Below, in pieces: positions 39,049 to 53,543 of a stretch of DNA of 64,000 nucleotides. The position numbers were made by a program, and so were the translations under genes. How positions within the stretch are numbered: the stretch's first letter is position 1; every line of letters begins with the position of its first letter. The notes under the pieces were generated by a model. That model was not told the origin of the DNA, made no database searches, and saw nothing but the letters and a program-made list of their open reading frames with translations. Origin of the DNA: Vicugna vicugna (lineage: Eukaryota); the NCBI GenBank assembly GCA_013265495.1, contig MU058781.1:910963-974962 (forward strand), read 5' to 3'.

Positions 39049-40129
39049 TTTACTGCATTACTCCCTACTAATAATACAATCAAAGCTCAAAGCATCATCA
39101 TAAAACTTAAATTCTGCTCTCGTGGACAGCTCCTTTTTTTTCTCCATCAGACAGTCAGCCACCACTAAAACCTCTAAGGCAATCCTGCAGACAAATGCTG
39201 ATGACTGTTCTGAAATACATGAGCAGACAGGCTCGGAGATGGGTTGATAGTTTCCGTAGTACTGCCACATCATTATGAGCTGGCAGGAAGTTAGGTCAGA
39301 TATGGCCAACACCTGGAAAAATCACAGAGGCATCCAAATACTATCTGTCGTCCGTGGCAGAAGACCAAAGACTGGAAGACAGTTTCTTCCACACTACATG
39401 ACGATGAGCAGTTGGATAAAGAGAGAGCAGCTCTCATTAAGCTTGTGAGTACATCACTGGGAGGCTTGTCAGTTCGAACGTGGCAGCAGTGCAACATAGA
39501 GATCGAGATGAAAATTCATGTCTCCAGAGCTGCTGGGGCCACACAATTACCTTAATGTGTCCCAGACCTGAATTCATCATCCATGTTCCCATTAGTTACT
39601 GGACTTGTTCCACGAGTGCCACCAAAGTGCCACTCTCCAAGTCAAATGGTGGTGTCACATCTCCACCAGCAAGCCTTGGAGGACGTCCAGCTTTCAGAGG
39701 CTGAGGCCAATCTAATCAAAAGGCAGCATTTTGGGGACAGGGTTTGTCAGCAGAATGGATGAAAAGCCAATTCTACAACTTTTTATGCTAATCTACAAAG
39801 GGTAAAAGGACAGAGAGTGATAGACTGAAATAGTGCAACTCCAAAACACACTTACTGAGCAATGACATGTGCCAGTCATGCTTCTCAGTGAGACTGGGCA
39901 CAGCCTTTGCCCTCAAGGACACTGTAGTACAGAAGAGGACATTTCTAGAAAGTATAGAGCATTTATAAACTTTGAGGTTAAGAAACCTAGGGGACAATCA
40001 CAGCTCTGACTCTTAGCTGCTTATGTCACAAGGTGAATATTTAAATGTCCCAAGCTTCAGTTTCCCCATCTATGTAATAAACAAACGACATGCTCTTCAG
40101 TTAATAGAAAAGAGAAAACCGCTATGTGG

Positions 40130-41100
40130 ATTAAAAATAAAACTGAGTTAAGTGAACTCCAAATGGACTGATAAGTTTATGTAAGTAGTACATTGCAATG
40201 CTAGAAGAAGAAAATGTAAGGTAATATATTTGTGAGCTCTGGTGCAGAAGAAGGTTTTTAAGCATTACCTTAAACAGCATAAAGCAGAAGGCGAAAAGTG
40301 ATGGATCAGGATAACATTACAACTAAGGGTCTCAATTTAACAAGGGCCAATGAAAGAAAATTAACAGACAGAGGATTCATTGAGAAAAGATACTGAGAAA
40401 CCCTAATCCTGGGAAGGTAGAAATATCTAGAACTTACTAGAAATTTCCACACGTTAGCAAGAAAAAAACAGAAAACAATAGAAAATGGACAAAGTATGTG
40501 AACAAGTTTTCACAGATAAAAACCCAAATAGCAATAAGCCCATGAAAGAAATACTCAAATTTATTTGTAATTAGAAAAAAGCAAATTAAAACGATGGGAT
40601 ACCACTTAAAATCGATCATATCTGCAAACATTAGAAAATTGGATAAGGTCACATGTAGGAGGGTGTGAGGCAAAACAGGATCCTCATATGCTCTTGGTGG
40701 AAATGAAACTTGTAGATACAATGCAGTTGGACACTAAGACTCAGTGATCCTCTTCTGGGGGCGGGGACTCCCCAGAAGGGACACATTTACTTCAGTGTTG
40801 CTGACAGTGGGATTGGAAGTAATCCATGTAATTAAAAAATATATATTAAATGCACACCACAAAATCGTGCACAGGTATTAGGATCTGTCAGAACAGTACA
40901 TACATTACATTAGCCATCAGGACATTATACACACCAACATGCATCAATCTTAAAGACACAGGGTTGAGTGAAAACCCTGAGAAAAGGAATACTATGTGTA
41001 GCCCAGTGCCTTTAAAGTACACCCATACGGAACAACAGTACATGCTTTATAACGACACACAAAATTCAAGAACGTACATCAAACACGTTACGATGGTAAA
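40130..41100 (+). mobile_element. Ancient L1 (L1MC/ME-like) ORF2-3' fragment
   Basis: A-rich; aactccaaatgga..., ctagaagaagaaaatgtaagg, aatagaaaatggacaaag, gcaaattaaaacgatgggataccact, ttggtggaaatgaaact. Confidence 0.7.
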
Positions 41101-42294
41101 AAAAAAAAAATTCAATCATCTTCGTATCTCCAGAACCAAGCATAATGGTTGGTGCTCAATAAATGTTTGCTGAGTAAATCAGTGACTGGATGCCGAGAAC
41201 AAAGGATAGGAAAAATGGAAAGAGATTCCAAACCTTAGAATGGGTGCAACAACAGAGACTATTTGTAAAAAATGATCTGTTTCCCAAATTAGGAAACAGA
41301 CCTGGTTGATGGAGAAGGTTGGTGACTTCAGTCTGGTACCTTTTGACTTGGAAGGACTAATAGTCAGCTAGCAGGCAATCTAGACTAGAACCCAGGAGGT
41401 GTTTAGATCTCAACTCAATAGACGATAGTTTTAGAGATGGAAGGAAGAGGAATCAAGGTAGAGGGGTAAAGGATCAGGCAGTGCAGACATACTATTAAAA
41501 CAGTACAAGATGAGGGAGGATGGTGTGTACCTGAAATAAGAACCGGTCAGCAGAGAGGGAAGGATTATCCACGTATCTGTGGAGGGGGGGATGTGGTGGA
41601 GTCGTGTGAGGGGGTACAGCGGTAACAGCGGGTAAGTGAGGCTAAATCAAATCTCAGTTTGGGGGAAAACCCCCAAATAAGCCAACCCATTTACTTCAAA
41701 CTGTTTGCCTATTATTGACTTTAACTCTTAAGGAGCAAATTTAAAATTCACGTATTTGGGAAGAGAGAGAAATGGGTGGGAGGAGGGAGAAAGAGAGTGT
41801 GAAACAGAAAGGTCAGAAATCAAATTAAAAATAAGAGTAAAAACCTCAATTCCCAAATCCATAAACTGAATTATCTAGAGGAGACCTCTGAGGCCTGATA
41901 AATCCCCAAACAACTTTAATTTAAAATATCCTGAGAACTGCTGTTCTTAAGTTATTCCCTTGATTCCAATCTGCTATCAGCCGGAATCAGAAAGGTACCC
42001 AAGATAAGAATAAATTTAAGATTTACTATTATTGAGCCCGATTCTCCTGTTCTAGATCCACGGAGTGCAACAAATATTTCTCCCAAAGCAGTGAAAAGCA
42101 AAAAGGGAACAAAGAAATAAGAAATCCTTCCACTTGTGCCCACACTTCCGAGAGCCTCGGTGTAATTCAAGGCAGGTTCATGTCAAAGATCTATGCCTGC
42201 CATTTAGTTATCACGCCTGCTAAATAGTCTCAACATACTCCCTGCTGGATTGTGGGATTTTATTAAAGCAGTGACCTTTATTTCTATTTGGCGT

Positions 42295-42540
42295 CGGAGG
42301 CAGCAGGGCATGGGGATCAGGTTTGGAGTTCATACCGCCTGGGTGTAAGTACTTATCAGATGTGTGGCTGTGACAATATTAACGAATCACTCCCTGCCTC
42401 AGTTTCCTCACCTGTACAATGGGGACAATAATATTAACTACCTTGTAGGGTTGTTGGGGGATTGAGAAATGATGCACACAAAGCACTTAGACTAGTACCC
42501 ACATAGCAGGGACACTGAATAAGTGTTACTTATTCATTAT
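42295..42540 (+). mobile_element. MIR SINE
   Basis: ctgcctcagtttcctcacctgtacaatggggacaataatattaactaccttgtagggttgttgggggatt...aaagcacttaga core. Confidence 0.85.
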
Positions 42541-45361
42541 TGGCATCAGTAAGAAGGCATGTAAAATATCTGGTGTTGTTTTCTTAATCTTTCATTCTAT
42601 TTAGTGCCTCATACATAGGATTGAATGGAGCTTCTGGGAGTCAGGAAGAGAGACTATCACAATAATTTAGCTGTCAAAAAAGGAAGGAAGAAAGGGAATG
42701 TTTGCTAAAGATGTTTCAAGGAAAGCATACGGAGGCTCGGGAACCCATCTGATACAGGTGGTTACTATCTCCAGTTCAGAACAGCGTGTGAAGGAGGATG
42801 ATTACTTGATGACAGATTTAAAACCCTGTTTTTATTTAGGGAATATGTTGATGGCAGGATGTCCTCTCATTGTAGTCAGACAAACAGGAAAGTTAATGCC
42901 TCCCGTGAATTCACGTGCAGCGATGCTTTTATAGACTTTCATGGACTGTCATACATAATGGGAAAACACGAAGAAGCATGCGTATCCTTTCCAGTCTACA
43001 TGAAAGAAGTCTGCCAATAATTTTTTTTAAACTAATGCTAGATTTGTAATGGGCTTGGAAGACCAACTTCTCCTGCCCTACATTCCAGCCCACAGCCTGC
43101 ACAGGGAAGTAAGAAAGAATGTTCCTGAGTATCAGGTAAACAAAAGTGATAATGTCTCATCTGTGTCTTGAAAGAGCTAAAAAGTGGGCATCACTGGGTG
43201 TCATGGCCCTCTAATGGGCCGCATCCTAGAGCACTGGGAGGTCCTGGACCTAAACTGAAAAGGAGAAGATGAAGAGTTGCCTCTAGGTCAGCTATCACCT
43301 TGCCCAGTGCTGCACACTAGCATCCCTGAGGGCGGGGAATAAGGGGAGATGATATTCTAGGTAGGAAAATGTTTCTTTTCCTTAATATGAACATAGATGG
43401 AGATGTTTCTGAGAATTTTGAGTTGTTTTTGCAATAAATGTGTATGTGTGCGTGTAATGTGTTTGTGTGTGGTTTAAGACAGTTACTGGCTAAATATCAG
43501 GAACAACAGGAAAGGAATTTGCATCTCAGGCTGACAGAGTCCGAGGAGAGGAGGGGAGTGGGAAGGGTCAAAGCCCCCCCCGGACTGTCGTTTCATTCCA
43601 TTACTACCAATGCCATCTTTGAGAAACTTCCCGCTAACATCTGTGGGCACCTACAGATTGGCCCAGTGGAGAGAGGAGACTGATCAGAGTCCAAACCCTG
43701 TACGTAGAAAGTGGGGTTTCCATAACAGAGAGTGGCAATGGACACTGTAAAGGCTGATGATGGAGACTTTCTCGGAAAGGAGGAGGAAGGGCAGACCTTA
43801 TGACCAAGGTCAAGGTTAGAAGTGAGGAATATCCATGTAGGAATATCCTGGAAATGGTTTAAGTTACAGGTGGGTTCTCTTGAACTTTGAGAGCACTTAT
43901 GTTTAGCATTAAGGTTTTAATTGATTCTCCTATATTGTGTTCTCTTCAGATACCACAACATTTTAGTGGATTACTTATATTGGTTAGCCTCTGTGATTGT
44001 ACTATGGGGACTGTATTATGGGAAATTGATGAAAGGCCAGTAGAGAGAAGAGGTGAGTGGCCAGACCCACTCCACTCATCCATGGAAGCCAGCACAGAAG
44101 CAGCTCAGCCTAGGAGGGTGGTGATCCCAGAGGGCTGGGGGTCATAGGCTGCTGCAGTGTGAATGGAGCCCAGGAGGAGCCAGGAAGCTCCAATGGGAGC
44201 GTGATTGTCTTGGGAAAGTATCTCCATGGATGACAACTCAGGAACAGAAGGGAAATGATGGCTGTTTTTCCAAAACACACAAGAGGGCAATGGCTTTTGA
44301 GAATATATGTTGGGTGGAAAAGCCGACAGGCTAACAGTTGATTAATGTAACAATGTGACTATCACATATATCCACTATTTCCCTCTTATTGCAACATACT
44401 CTTGAACACTCCTGAATGATGCATTCTGAGACCTTCGGGATTTTTCCCAATTTAATAGTGCTTCCACAGCAAATTATATCACTTCCACATCTGTAATGTG
44501 GATACCACATTAACTTCACCCTGGTATCTGGAGGATTAAATAAGATCACATGCCAGGTAAAGATACAGCAGTTTGAGCTCACCCATCACTAGCTAAGAGA
44601 CTCACTCCCATATATCAGTCCTATCATAAGCTATTTCCAGACAGTTTCTCAAGAAATTATACATTTCTAGGGAACGCAGACCTTTAGAGCTGACCACTCT
44701 ATTAACTAATGTCGACTAGCTTATGTGATGCTAGCAACTCCATATCTCAATGACTTAACACAGCAAAAGTGCATTCCTCATTCATGCAGTTTGCTACAGG
44801 ACAGCTGATCTCTACTCCATACGAGAATTCTGCCATCCAAGCTGTTCTGATCTGTTCATCTGGCCATCTCTACACAAGGCCTCCTCCGCAACCACCAAGA
44901 AGGGGAGAGAAAGAGCAGGTCTCACACTGGCCATTAAACACACATCCATTCTGCTCCTAACCAGTTGACCGAAAGTGTTCAAATGAATCTGCTCACCTAC
45001 AAAGGGACCAGAGAATGCAGTCTCCTGTGTGTCTGGAAGGACAGAACTAGAGGTCTAGGAGCAAAGGCATGTCTACCACATCCATCAGTAAACGAAATCA
45101 CATGTCGTTAGTCCTTAAATGAAAATAGTATGGTCTGCTTGCTCTTTGGGCTCCTGCGGGGTAGAAGCTACGTCTGAAACCACCCTGGAGTTCTTGCCAA
45201 GCATCTACGTAGAGCCCTGTTATTTAGTGGGAAGTTCCTCATTACCTCAGGGGCGACTGGATAAGAAGTGGGTGAGGGGTATTAAAATTGAGATAATCTG
45301 ATAACTAATCTAAATGATATTTAACAAATCTTTAAGTTCTGAGATAAATGCAAAGATAGAA

Positions 45362-45394
45362 GGAAAGAAAGAAAGAGGAAGGAAGGAAGAAATA

Positions 45395-45486
<92 letters not shown>

Positions 45487-45495
45487 GAAAAAAAG
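45362..45495. repeat. (GAAA)n tetranucleotide microsatellite
   Basis: Long GAAA run with GGAA interruptions at the 5' end. Confidence 0.97.
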
Positions 45496-46934
45496 ATGAA
45501 TAAGAAGAGCAATAAAGAGACTGGCTTTTGGCTTGGGATTTTAACAAATCAAACTGGTACCGATAATTTAAAAACCAGGGACATGGATTTTAACTCAATA
45601 TTATTAAGAACTTTTAAACTGTCAAAATGTCCAAACTGAGTTGGGGGGCCTTAAAATACAGTAAATGGTCCTTCCTTGAAACTATTAGCTTAGATTTTAT
45701 GACAACTCAACAAGAAGCTGTCAATAAGCATGAACTTTGAGGTGAAGAGAAATATAGCAGAAAGCAGTGCTGGAGAGATGCAGCTGAGTACCAGAGGTCC
45801 GTGCAATAACTCCTGCAAAATCCCTGCACAATGTCATGCAAAGACAATACTTAAAAACTAAAAGATCTTAAAATATTAAATAGCCTGATTATTATTACTA
45901 TTATTTGTTCCATGTTATATAATAATTCAGTTATTAAGCTGGAAACGAATTTAAGGTAAATATACACTTGTCTCTTTAAGGAGAGATTAGATTATGACTG
46001 ATAGTCAATTGTTTTCCTTCCTACGAATTTTCTATACACTCTGCATCTTTTCAACAGGACATAATCAGTTAACAGAATTTTTTTTAAAATGCCATCAGCA
46101 TATTTAAGAACTTTAAATTCTTGTTTGTCTTTGGAGGGATGAGTGTAACACCCAAATGTTGAGAACACCAATTGAATTAATGATTCTGAAATCATATAAG
46201 CTATTGCCATATTACAATTTGAAGTAGACAAAATCCAAAGCAGTTTAGGTAACATAAAATACTGAATAATCATGAAAATTAGTGGATTGTGAAATGAATG
46301 ACCACCTACCGTCACCGATGAAGCTGGCCCAAGACTCTGCAGTTTATTAAAGAAGGCATAAAGTATATGAGAGTGAAAGAATTTACAATGCCTGAAGCTC
46401 AAAATACGCCCATTCAATTGTTTTCCTGATGCTGTTTGCAAACTATTACAACAGAACATTGTCTGTTTTCCTGATCATTTGTGTTTTTGCATCAAATAAA
46501 TCCCTACATTGCTTCCTGCCCAGCTTGGCCCTTTCATCATTTAAATTATGCAGCTTGAATTTGGACTGACTTATAATCTGAAGCGCCTGGATATTTAAAT
46601 CTTATCACTGATGTCATATGAGGTTTCCAGACAGTTGGCTAAATTAATTCTACTCACCTCATTCTCCACCTCCCCAACTGAATCAGTGTAGTATCCATGG
46701 AGAAGACACTCCTGCACCATACTGTGCCCATTTTCCAAATTGTACTAAACTAAAAAGCAACTAGTTACACACTATGCTTTGGTGGTTCCCAGACAATATG
46801 AAAGGATTTTAATACTATGTGTCCAGAATCTAGGACACCATGTAAACTTGATAAACACCGAAGAAAAGAACACCTGCTCCTCAATGCATCACGACTACAT
46901 TCGTGCAGGTTCATTGTCTCAGTAAGAACTGCTC

Positions 46935-47372
46935 TCAGCTATGAGCATCAGAACGTTCATCCAAGAGGACTGAACAATAAGTGCACTTAATTATCTCGTG
47001 TGAAATAAACCCTGGGATAGGCAGTAGCTCAACATGACAGGGTGCTGGGTTGGTCTGTCTCCCATTTGCTTCCTCAGGCTGCAGAATAGCTGTAGACACT
47101 TCCAGTGTCACATCCACATGGCAGTGGCCCGGGGGGGGAAGGCGTACGAGGGTGGCTAAGAGGGGTTTCCTTCTTACTTGCTTCCCTTTGAAGAAGAAAA
47201 GCCCAAGCTGCCATCCTCTTCCATTTCATTGGCCAGAACCAGACCCATGACCACCCACAGTGCATAACGGACTGGGAAAGCGTCTACCATGTTCCGTCAC
47301 TGGAGGCAGCGTCACTCCTTAGGAAGACAGGGAAGAAGAATGTCGGCTGGATGTACTCAGCCAACAGTGCCC
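46935..47372. mobile_element. Old MaLR LTR (MLT1J/K-like)
   Basis: ggctgcagaatagctg...cttccagtgtcacatcc...tttcattggccagaac...catgaccaccc...gactgggaaag. Confidence 0.55.
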
Positions 47373-47523
47373 AGCACGACACACAACTCTACTTTTATAA
47401 GTAAGCGAAGTCACAAGGTCAAAGCTTTAAACTGCCCCATGGTATCAATGGTCAGGAAATTTGCACTGTTATTTTACTTATGTAGACCCAGTGAGGTCAA
47501 AGGTGATGTGATGTGGGACTGAT

Positions 47524-48058
47524 GTGTGAGGATGGGACTAATGACTCACTTACAGTCAACAGGCAATGACAAAGGTGAAGGGGTTTTGCAGAGGTAATTA
47601 TATCTCAAAGAGCTGATTCTGAGCTAGTCAAATCCTGCACCTCCTGGGAGGTCCTGACTTACTCAGGTGAAAGCTTCAGGGGACCTCCCCGAGGTTACAG
47701 ATTCCCTTTGTGGGCTTCATGAATTCAGAGTCATGGAGAAGAAACCCTCACTGCACAGAACTGTGGCTGACCTCCAGGAAAAGGCAGCAAAAAGCCGGGG
47801 CGTCCATCAGACAGCCACAGGAGGCAAACCCCGGCAAGATCCTGAATGAGCTGAAGGGAATTCTTCCCCTGTTAAGCCTCCAGATGAAAACATTGCCCTG
47901 CCAACACCTTGACTGTAGCCTGTGAGGTCCTGGGCTGAGGGCCAACTAATCTGCGTCCAGACTCCCGACCCAATGAAATCTGACATTAAAAAAAAAGTCT
48001 ATCATTTTAAGCTGCTAAGTGTGTTTAGTCTGCTATGTGGGGATAGAAAACTAACACA
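47524..48058 (+). mobile_element. MaLR LTR (MLT1E-like)
   Basis: gggttttgcagaggtaatta...gttaagcctccagatgaaaac...gccaacaccttgactgtagcctgtgagg...ttttaagctgctaagt...atagaaaactaacaca. Confidence 0.8.
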
Positions 48059-48429
48059 TTATACGCATTCCTCTGGTATCTCTTTTCTACCATTAACATC
48101 TCATTTTCCCACTGCGATCTGTATTTATTTACTTGTTTATTTAGTGGGGGAGTTTCTTCTATTTATTTTCTATTTTATACATTTTTCTCCCAGTTTTATT
48201 AAGATCTAATTGACATAGAGCGCTGTATGCAAGCTTTTTTATTTTATACTTTCTTCTTCCAGTTTCATTGAGATATTGTTGACATATAGTACTGATGAAG
48301 GTTTTTTATTTACTACACTATATTTTGGTTATTTCTCAAAAACAAACAGGTCGTTGTTTTTAAGTTAAAACACATGTTGGAAAGCAGACCCTTGTGGAGG
48401 GTAATAGAGAGAAGGAAAGTCTCCACCCG

Positions 48430-48672
48430 TAATAACAGCTAACATTGATTGAGCACTTACTATGTGCTGATACGATTTACACTGTTCCGTTTTCTTTAAC
48501 ATACATATTTGAGCTCACTAAAATAAGGCAGTTTCTACTAGCTCCCTTTTACAGATAATTTTCCTTTAATAGAAACTGAGGTACAAAGAGTTTGAGAAAC
48601 TTGTCTAAGTTAACTCAACTAGTAATTTGTAAAGCTAATTTATACCCCAAAGCCTGTATACTTAGCCACTAA
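48430..48672 (-). mobile_element. MIR SINE
   Basis: aataacagctaacattgattgagcacttactatgtgc...tagaaactgaggtacaaagagtttgagaaacttgtctaag. Confidence 0.75.
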
Positions 48673-50254
48673 GATGTATTCCTTCTTAGTAGGGCTGGAT
48701 GGTCATGCTTTATGCACACCTACTAAGAGAGAAACATCAGGCAATAACCACCTAACTGCATGTGGATCGTTGATGCATTACTGTCAGGGATCTGTCTCCC
48801 TGGGATTTGCTCTGATGTCCCATTATAGAGCTGACTTAGTTAGCGTCCCTCCTCCGTGGCATCTGACCTTCACCCACATCCACTCAACTCTGTGCGATAT
48901 GCCAGTAGCATTTTCAAACATTACTTTGTGCACCCAATGCACACACAAAAGTCTACTTATGAATCTGAGGCCAGCCAGGGAGGTGACAGGCTACGGTGGA
49001 GAAAGGACTGGAGAAGATGAGCTAGTTGACTGTTGGAAAATGAGCTACTGAATCTCTCTGGACTTTGATTATATAATCTGTAAAATGGGAGAAATAATGT
49101 CCCAACACAAGGCGACCGTGAACACCAAATGAAAAAAGAAAAGAGTGGAAACGAGTTAAGAATTTATAAACTGTAACATTCTGCAAAAGTGAATGTGGTT
49201 AGCCTATTATCAGAAAAATGAGCACACAGCATTATTTTTACTGTCTTGTACAGAACAATTCTGAAGGGATAAAACTTGGGACCACTTAAGAAAGCTTCTA
49301 AGTATAACAATTTTATATTTCAAAATCACTTGACAAATAAAGAAACAGTACCACTCTCCTACCAAGATGAAAAACATTTTGCTGTTCATAGTGCACATAC
49401 AATACTGAAGTTGATATTTGGGGTTGGTTCTTTGGGGCAACTCCGCCATTTTTTTGACCGTTAAGTCTCAGGATATATTTAAATGGTGAAAAGGAAAATT
49501 ATATTTTGAGGTGATTGTAACTACCCTTTTATTTGCTGAGATTGTATGTGTATATCTATTTAAGCCTTAGGAAGGGGGCATGGAATGAAGGGATCATGGG
49601 TGGATCATGAGAGCTTTTTCCAAAAGGCAACATTTATTTTCAAGTGTTTAGATTGCCGAGACAAGGATTTCTCTCCAACGTACAATTCATCATCCTCCTT
49701 ACTCACTGTAAAATCAATCTGTTCTGTTTGTGTGACATAAACAACCAGTCATTTCTCAGGAATGAGGCAGGCCATATGTGAAGGTGTTTTGGAAAAGCGC
49801 AACAGGGAATACGCCAATCAAAGCAGCATCTGCATTTTATTTCAATGTCAAATCACATGTGTGTTATAAAAAGGAAAGGGTATCACTTTTGTTAAAGAAT
49901 AACTTTCCTGTTGTGATGTTTATAGTTAACTCGTACCTTCCCTAAGCAACAGATTTAGGTCAGCCACATAAATCACTGGCTGAGAACACAAAAAAGATCT
50001 CACTCTGTGTGGCCAGCAACGTGTGCGTCTCGCAAACATCTTGGCATCTGCCCACTACTCACCCCTGTGGCAGGAGGAAATTTACATTAATCCATTACAT
50101 GCATTTTCCTAAGAATCAACACCTTCTCATCAATGTATTAATAATTATCAAAGCAGCTTGCAATTGATAGAGGCAGGAAACTATAAAATGACCAGGAGTG
50201 CTTGAGGAAGAATTTATTTATTTTTTATAACTGGGACTGGATTGAGATTGAAAG

Positions 50255-50405
50255 GAAGTGGGTTCTAGCCCCATTTCCATTACTTATTAGCTGTTTGACC
50301 TAAGGCAAGGCACTTAACTTCTACAGGTCTCAGTTTTATACTGGTATAAAGCAACAGGGCTGAACTAAATAATCCCCAGGCTCCCTTCCTGCTCTGAAAG
50401 TGTGT
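50255..50405 (+). mobile_element. MIR3-like SINE
   Basis: gggttctagcccc...acttattagctgtttgacctaaggcaaggcacttaacttct...gggctgaactaaataatcccca. Confidence 0.65.
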
Positions 50406-50921
50406 GGTTCTCTGGTGGCTTACCCACCTAGTCATATCTGAATGTTAATGGAAACATTTTAAGATTGTCTGGTCATGGAACCCTCTCCCCAGTTGGGAGG
50501 TAGATAGCTCTGAAAACGATGCTAACTTCTTGAAACTACCGGAGTGGTATCTCTTGCCCTGAAGCAGTCATTAGCATCATTTTTGGAGGAACTTACCACA
50601 TAACCTGGCTTACTTGATTGGAGAAATCACTGTGCAAAGATTAGGGGACTGCATTAGGAAGCAGGGAACCCAACTGAGTCCACAGGCAATGAGACTCCGT
50701 GACTCTGCTTACGCAGGAAAATGAGTGCTCATTTATGTAATTAACTGAAGGGACATTGTGAACTTTCTCACTGACTTCTTTCCCCTCATAGGAGAATAAA
50801 TAAAAGCTTCCCAGTGGACAATATGTTTTTTGACCTAAAATACACGTTCTTAGGTATGTACACAGTTGTATCCACAGAGGCTCATTGTTGATGGGGCTGC
50901 GAGGTCTTCTCTAGGATGCAC

Positions 50922-51365
50922 CTGTATTAGTTTTCCTTTGTAAAGAACAGAGAATGTGTCACCCACCAAGCAACAGTTAGACTCCTACACTTACTGGTTT
51001 CAAATTGGTTATAAATGCCCAATATTAACAAGAGGTGGTAGAGGGAGTAGGGATGATAAACTGGCCATGGCCACAAGGAAGATCACACTTGAATCATTTC
51101 AGCTCGAGACATGAGAGAGGAGAAGGCGTTTCTATTGCCAAGTAACAATAGACAATTCTGCGAAAGAGCTCGTGTGGCCTGGTTCAGATCGTGTGCCCAC
51201 CCCTGAATTGTAGCCATAGGAGCATCACACCCATCACAGCCTAACCTCCTGGGGTATGAAAGTATGTGTATGAGTGTGGAGAGGGGTCTGCAATCAGAAA
51301 AGAGGGTGAGTGAAGGAACTCTTGGGGAAGAAAGATGTTCCACGGATAGGAACAGTAGTCCCCAC
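50922..51365. mobile_element. Old MaLR LTR (MLT1-like)
   Basis: tgtattagtttt... start, and tggcctggttcagatcgtgtgcccacccctgaa motif. Confidence 0.45.
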
Positions 51366-52654
51366 AGACGAACTGGCCCAGAACATCTGAAGTCGATTTG
51401 TCCCATTGGTCTCCTCTCCAGGGCTTCCTTCTGGAAATACCAGTATTCTTATTTTAGCCTTATTTTTCATGAATTAATTCAATAAATATTTATTAAGTGC
51501 TGGCAATTTATAAATCATTGTGACGAGGCCAGGAAGAAAACAACAGACAGTCTCTACCCCTGTGCAACGTACTCAACTTCCAGCCTAACGCTGGGGAGGG
51601 TACTGAACACGTAGTCACCGTGTGCTGAATGGCACAGAGAAGGCGTGCAGGGTGAACGGGGGCAGATAACAGATAGAGCCAGTCACCAAAGGGATTGTGA
51701 TAGAAATAAACCATCTATTACAAAAGTATCGGGGGGTATCTTGACTATCTCGTGTTATCTAAAACGTGAGCAGAAGATAGTCATCTTTTCACACGAGCAT
51801 CTCTCCCAAAGAGAAAACGGAAAACACCCTACAAGTGCAGGCCTGGAGGCCCAGGAAAGATGGCTGTGATGCAAACCCCACCAAGCGCAGCCCAGAGGAC
51901 CTCCACATGTGATCACCTGGCGCCGCTGGCAGCAGGCCCCTGGGGTGAGATGGGCTGGAACGCTGTTCTCTTCAAGACGCTCAGAGGCAACTTTGTTGAG
52001 TAGCTTTCTGGCTGAGGAAATGTAACAGTCTTAAAATTATATTTTGGAATCTTTGAAAAAAAAATGACTGGCAGTAAACAAGAGAAACTTGTACTTGACT
52101 AGCTAAAGGTCCCGTACATAAAAAAAAAAAAAAGGAAGCTGTGATTTACTGAAGCTATAATAGCACCAAATTTACCAACACCAGCATGTTCAGATGAGGC
52201 ATGGCAGGGGGAGGGGATGAGGAAGAAATAGACCATATCAGAGAGAGAAAGAAAATATATACGCTTAAACTCACTGCACGGGACCGAATACTTCCCACAC
52301 AATGTCATGTATAACTTTGAAGCAGGGTAGTACAGTATTCTGTGTTAAATGCATTTTATGGGGATTTGGAGAGGATTTAGGTAAAGGCTACCCCAATAAA
52401 TGATTTACCAGCTCTAATAAAACATCAAGGAAATTGTTCAGATTGTATCTCAGACCATTTAAAACACAAGTTTATAGAGGTCTCAGCAGCCCCCATATCC
52501 TCAGCCCTGGTTTACAAAGAAACATTTATAGTGGTTAATTATCTCATATTACTTAAAAAAAAACGCTAGCAATTTCAAGAGAAGGAAGAAATTGGAAGTA
52601 AATAAACAGATATGACAGCCAAGAAGTTGAGAGAGAGACAGACAAGCTGACTGA

Positions 52655-53130
52655 TCACTCATTCATCCTGTTGTTCACTTATCCAATAAATATTTGCTGT
52701 TTGCCTTTAATTAATAAATATTTGCTGATTAAAAATCAGGCATTTTAGAACTAGGGCCTGGAGAACCAGGATTGACAAGCAAGAGGGGTTTCTGCCTGCC
52801 TATGGTTCCTTTCTCGTGAGAGGAAGCAGAAACGTGCAAATAAAAGAAATGAACATAAATATTAAAGATTAACTTAAATTGTGGTAGGTGCTTTAAAGGA
52901 AACAAACAAGATGATGAGAGAATAAATAACCAGAGAGGGGTGGGCACTACTCTACGTAGGACAGTTGGGAAGGGCTTCTCTGGGGAGGTAAAGTCGATGC
53001 TAAGACCTGCAATACATTAAGCCTTCCACCTTACTCAGATCTGAGAAAACATTCCAGACAAAGGAAGCATCAAGTGTGGAGGCCCTGATGTGAGAAAGAC
53101 CTTGGTGTGTTTGAAGACCAGAAAGGAAAA
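52655..53130 (-). mobile_element. L2 fragment
   Basis: cactcattcatc...caataaatatttgctg...gggaagggcttctctggggagg...cattccagacaaaggaagcatcaagtgtggaggccctg...ttggtgtgtttgaag. Confidence 0.75.
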
Positions 53131-53543
53131 CTGATGTGCAAAGTGAGAAACTGTCCTCGGGTGACCGGCGCCCTCCATTCCAACCTTTGGAAAAGATGTT
53201 TTCTTTAAAATTTGCTATTATTAATGTTAATAATATCAGCTACCTTTATTGAAAATGTACACATCCCAGTCGCTGTACTGGCTAGCTTATATACCTTACC
53301 TCTCAGTTTTCACAATAAGCATAAAGCCCCACAATATAGGTATTGTTATTCCAGTTTGATACAAGAGAAAACAGCCTCAGAGAATTTAATCAAACGGTTC
53401 AAGGGTATAGGGCAGCAGCAAGACAAGAAGTCATACTCAGGTCTAGCCACAAAACCTACTCTTTCATTGCTTTTAATTTGTTTGTCTTGTTTGACAAGTA
53501 TTTGTTGAACCCTAGGCTGTGCACACAGAAATGAATGAAGAAG

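Noticed and set aside
45314..45547. Lys/Glu/Arg-rich and Phe/Leu/Ser-rich ORFs (also 7604..7867)
   Set aside because: These are translations of (GAAA)n microsatellites.
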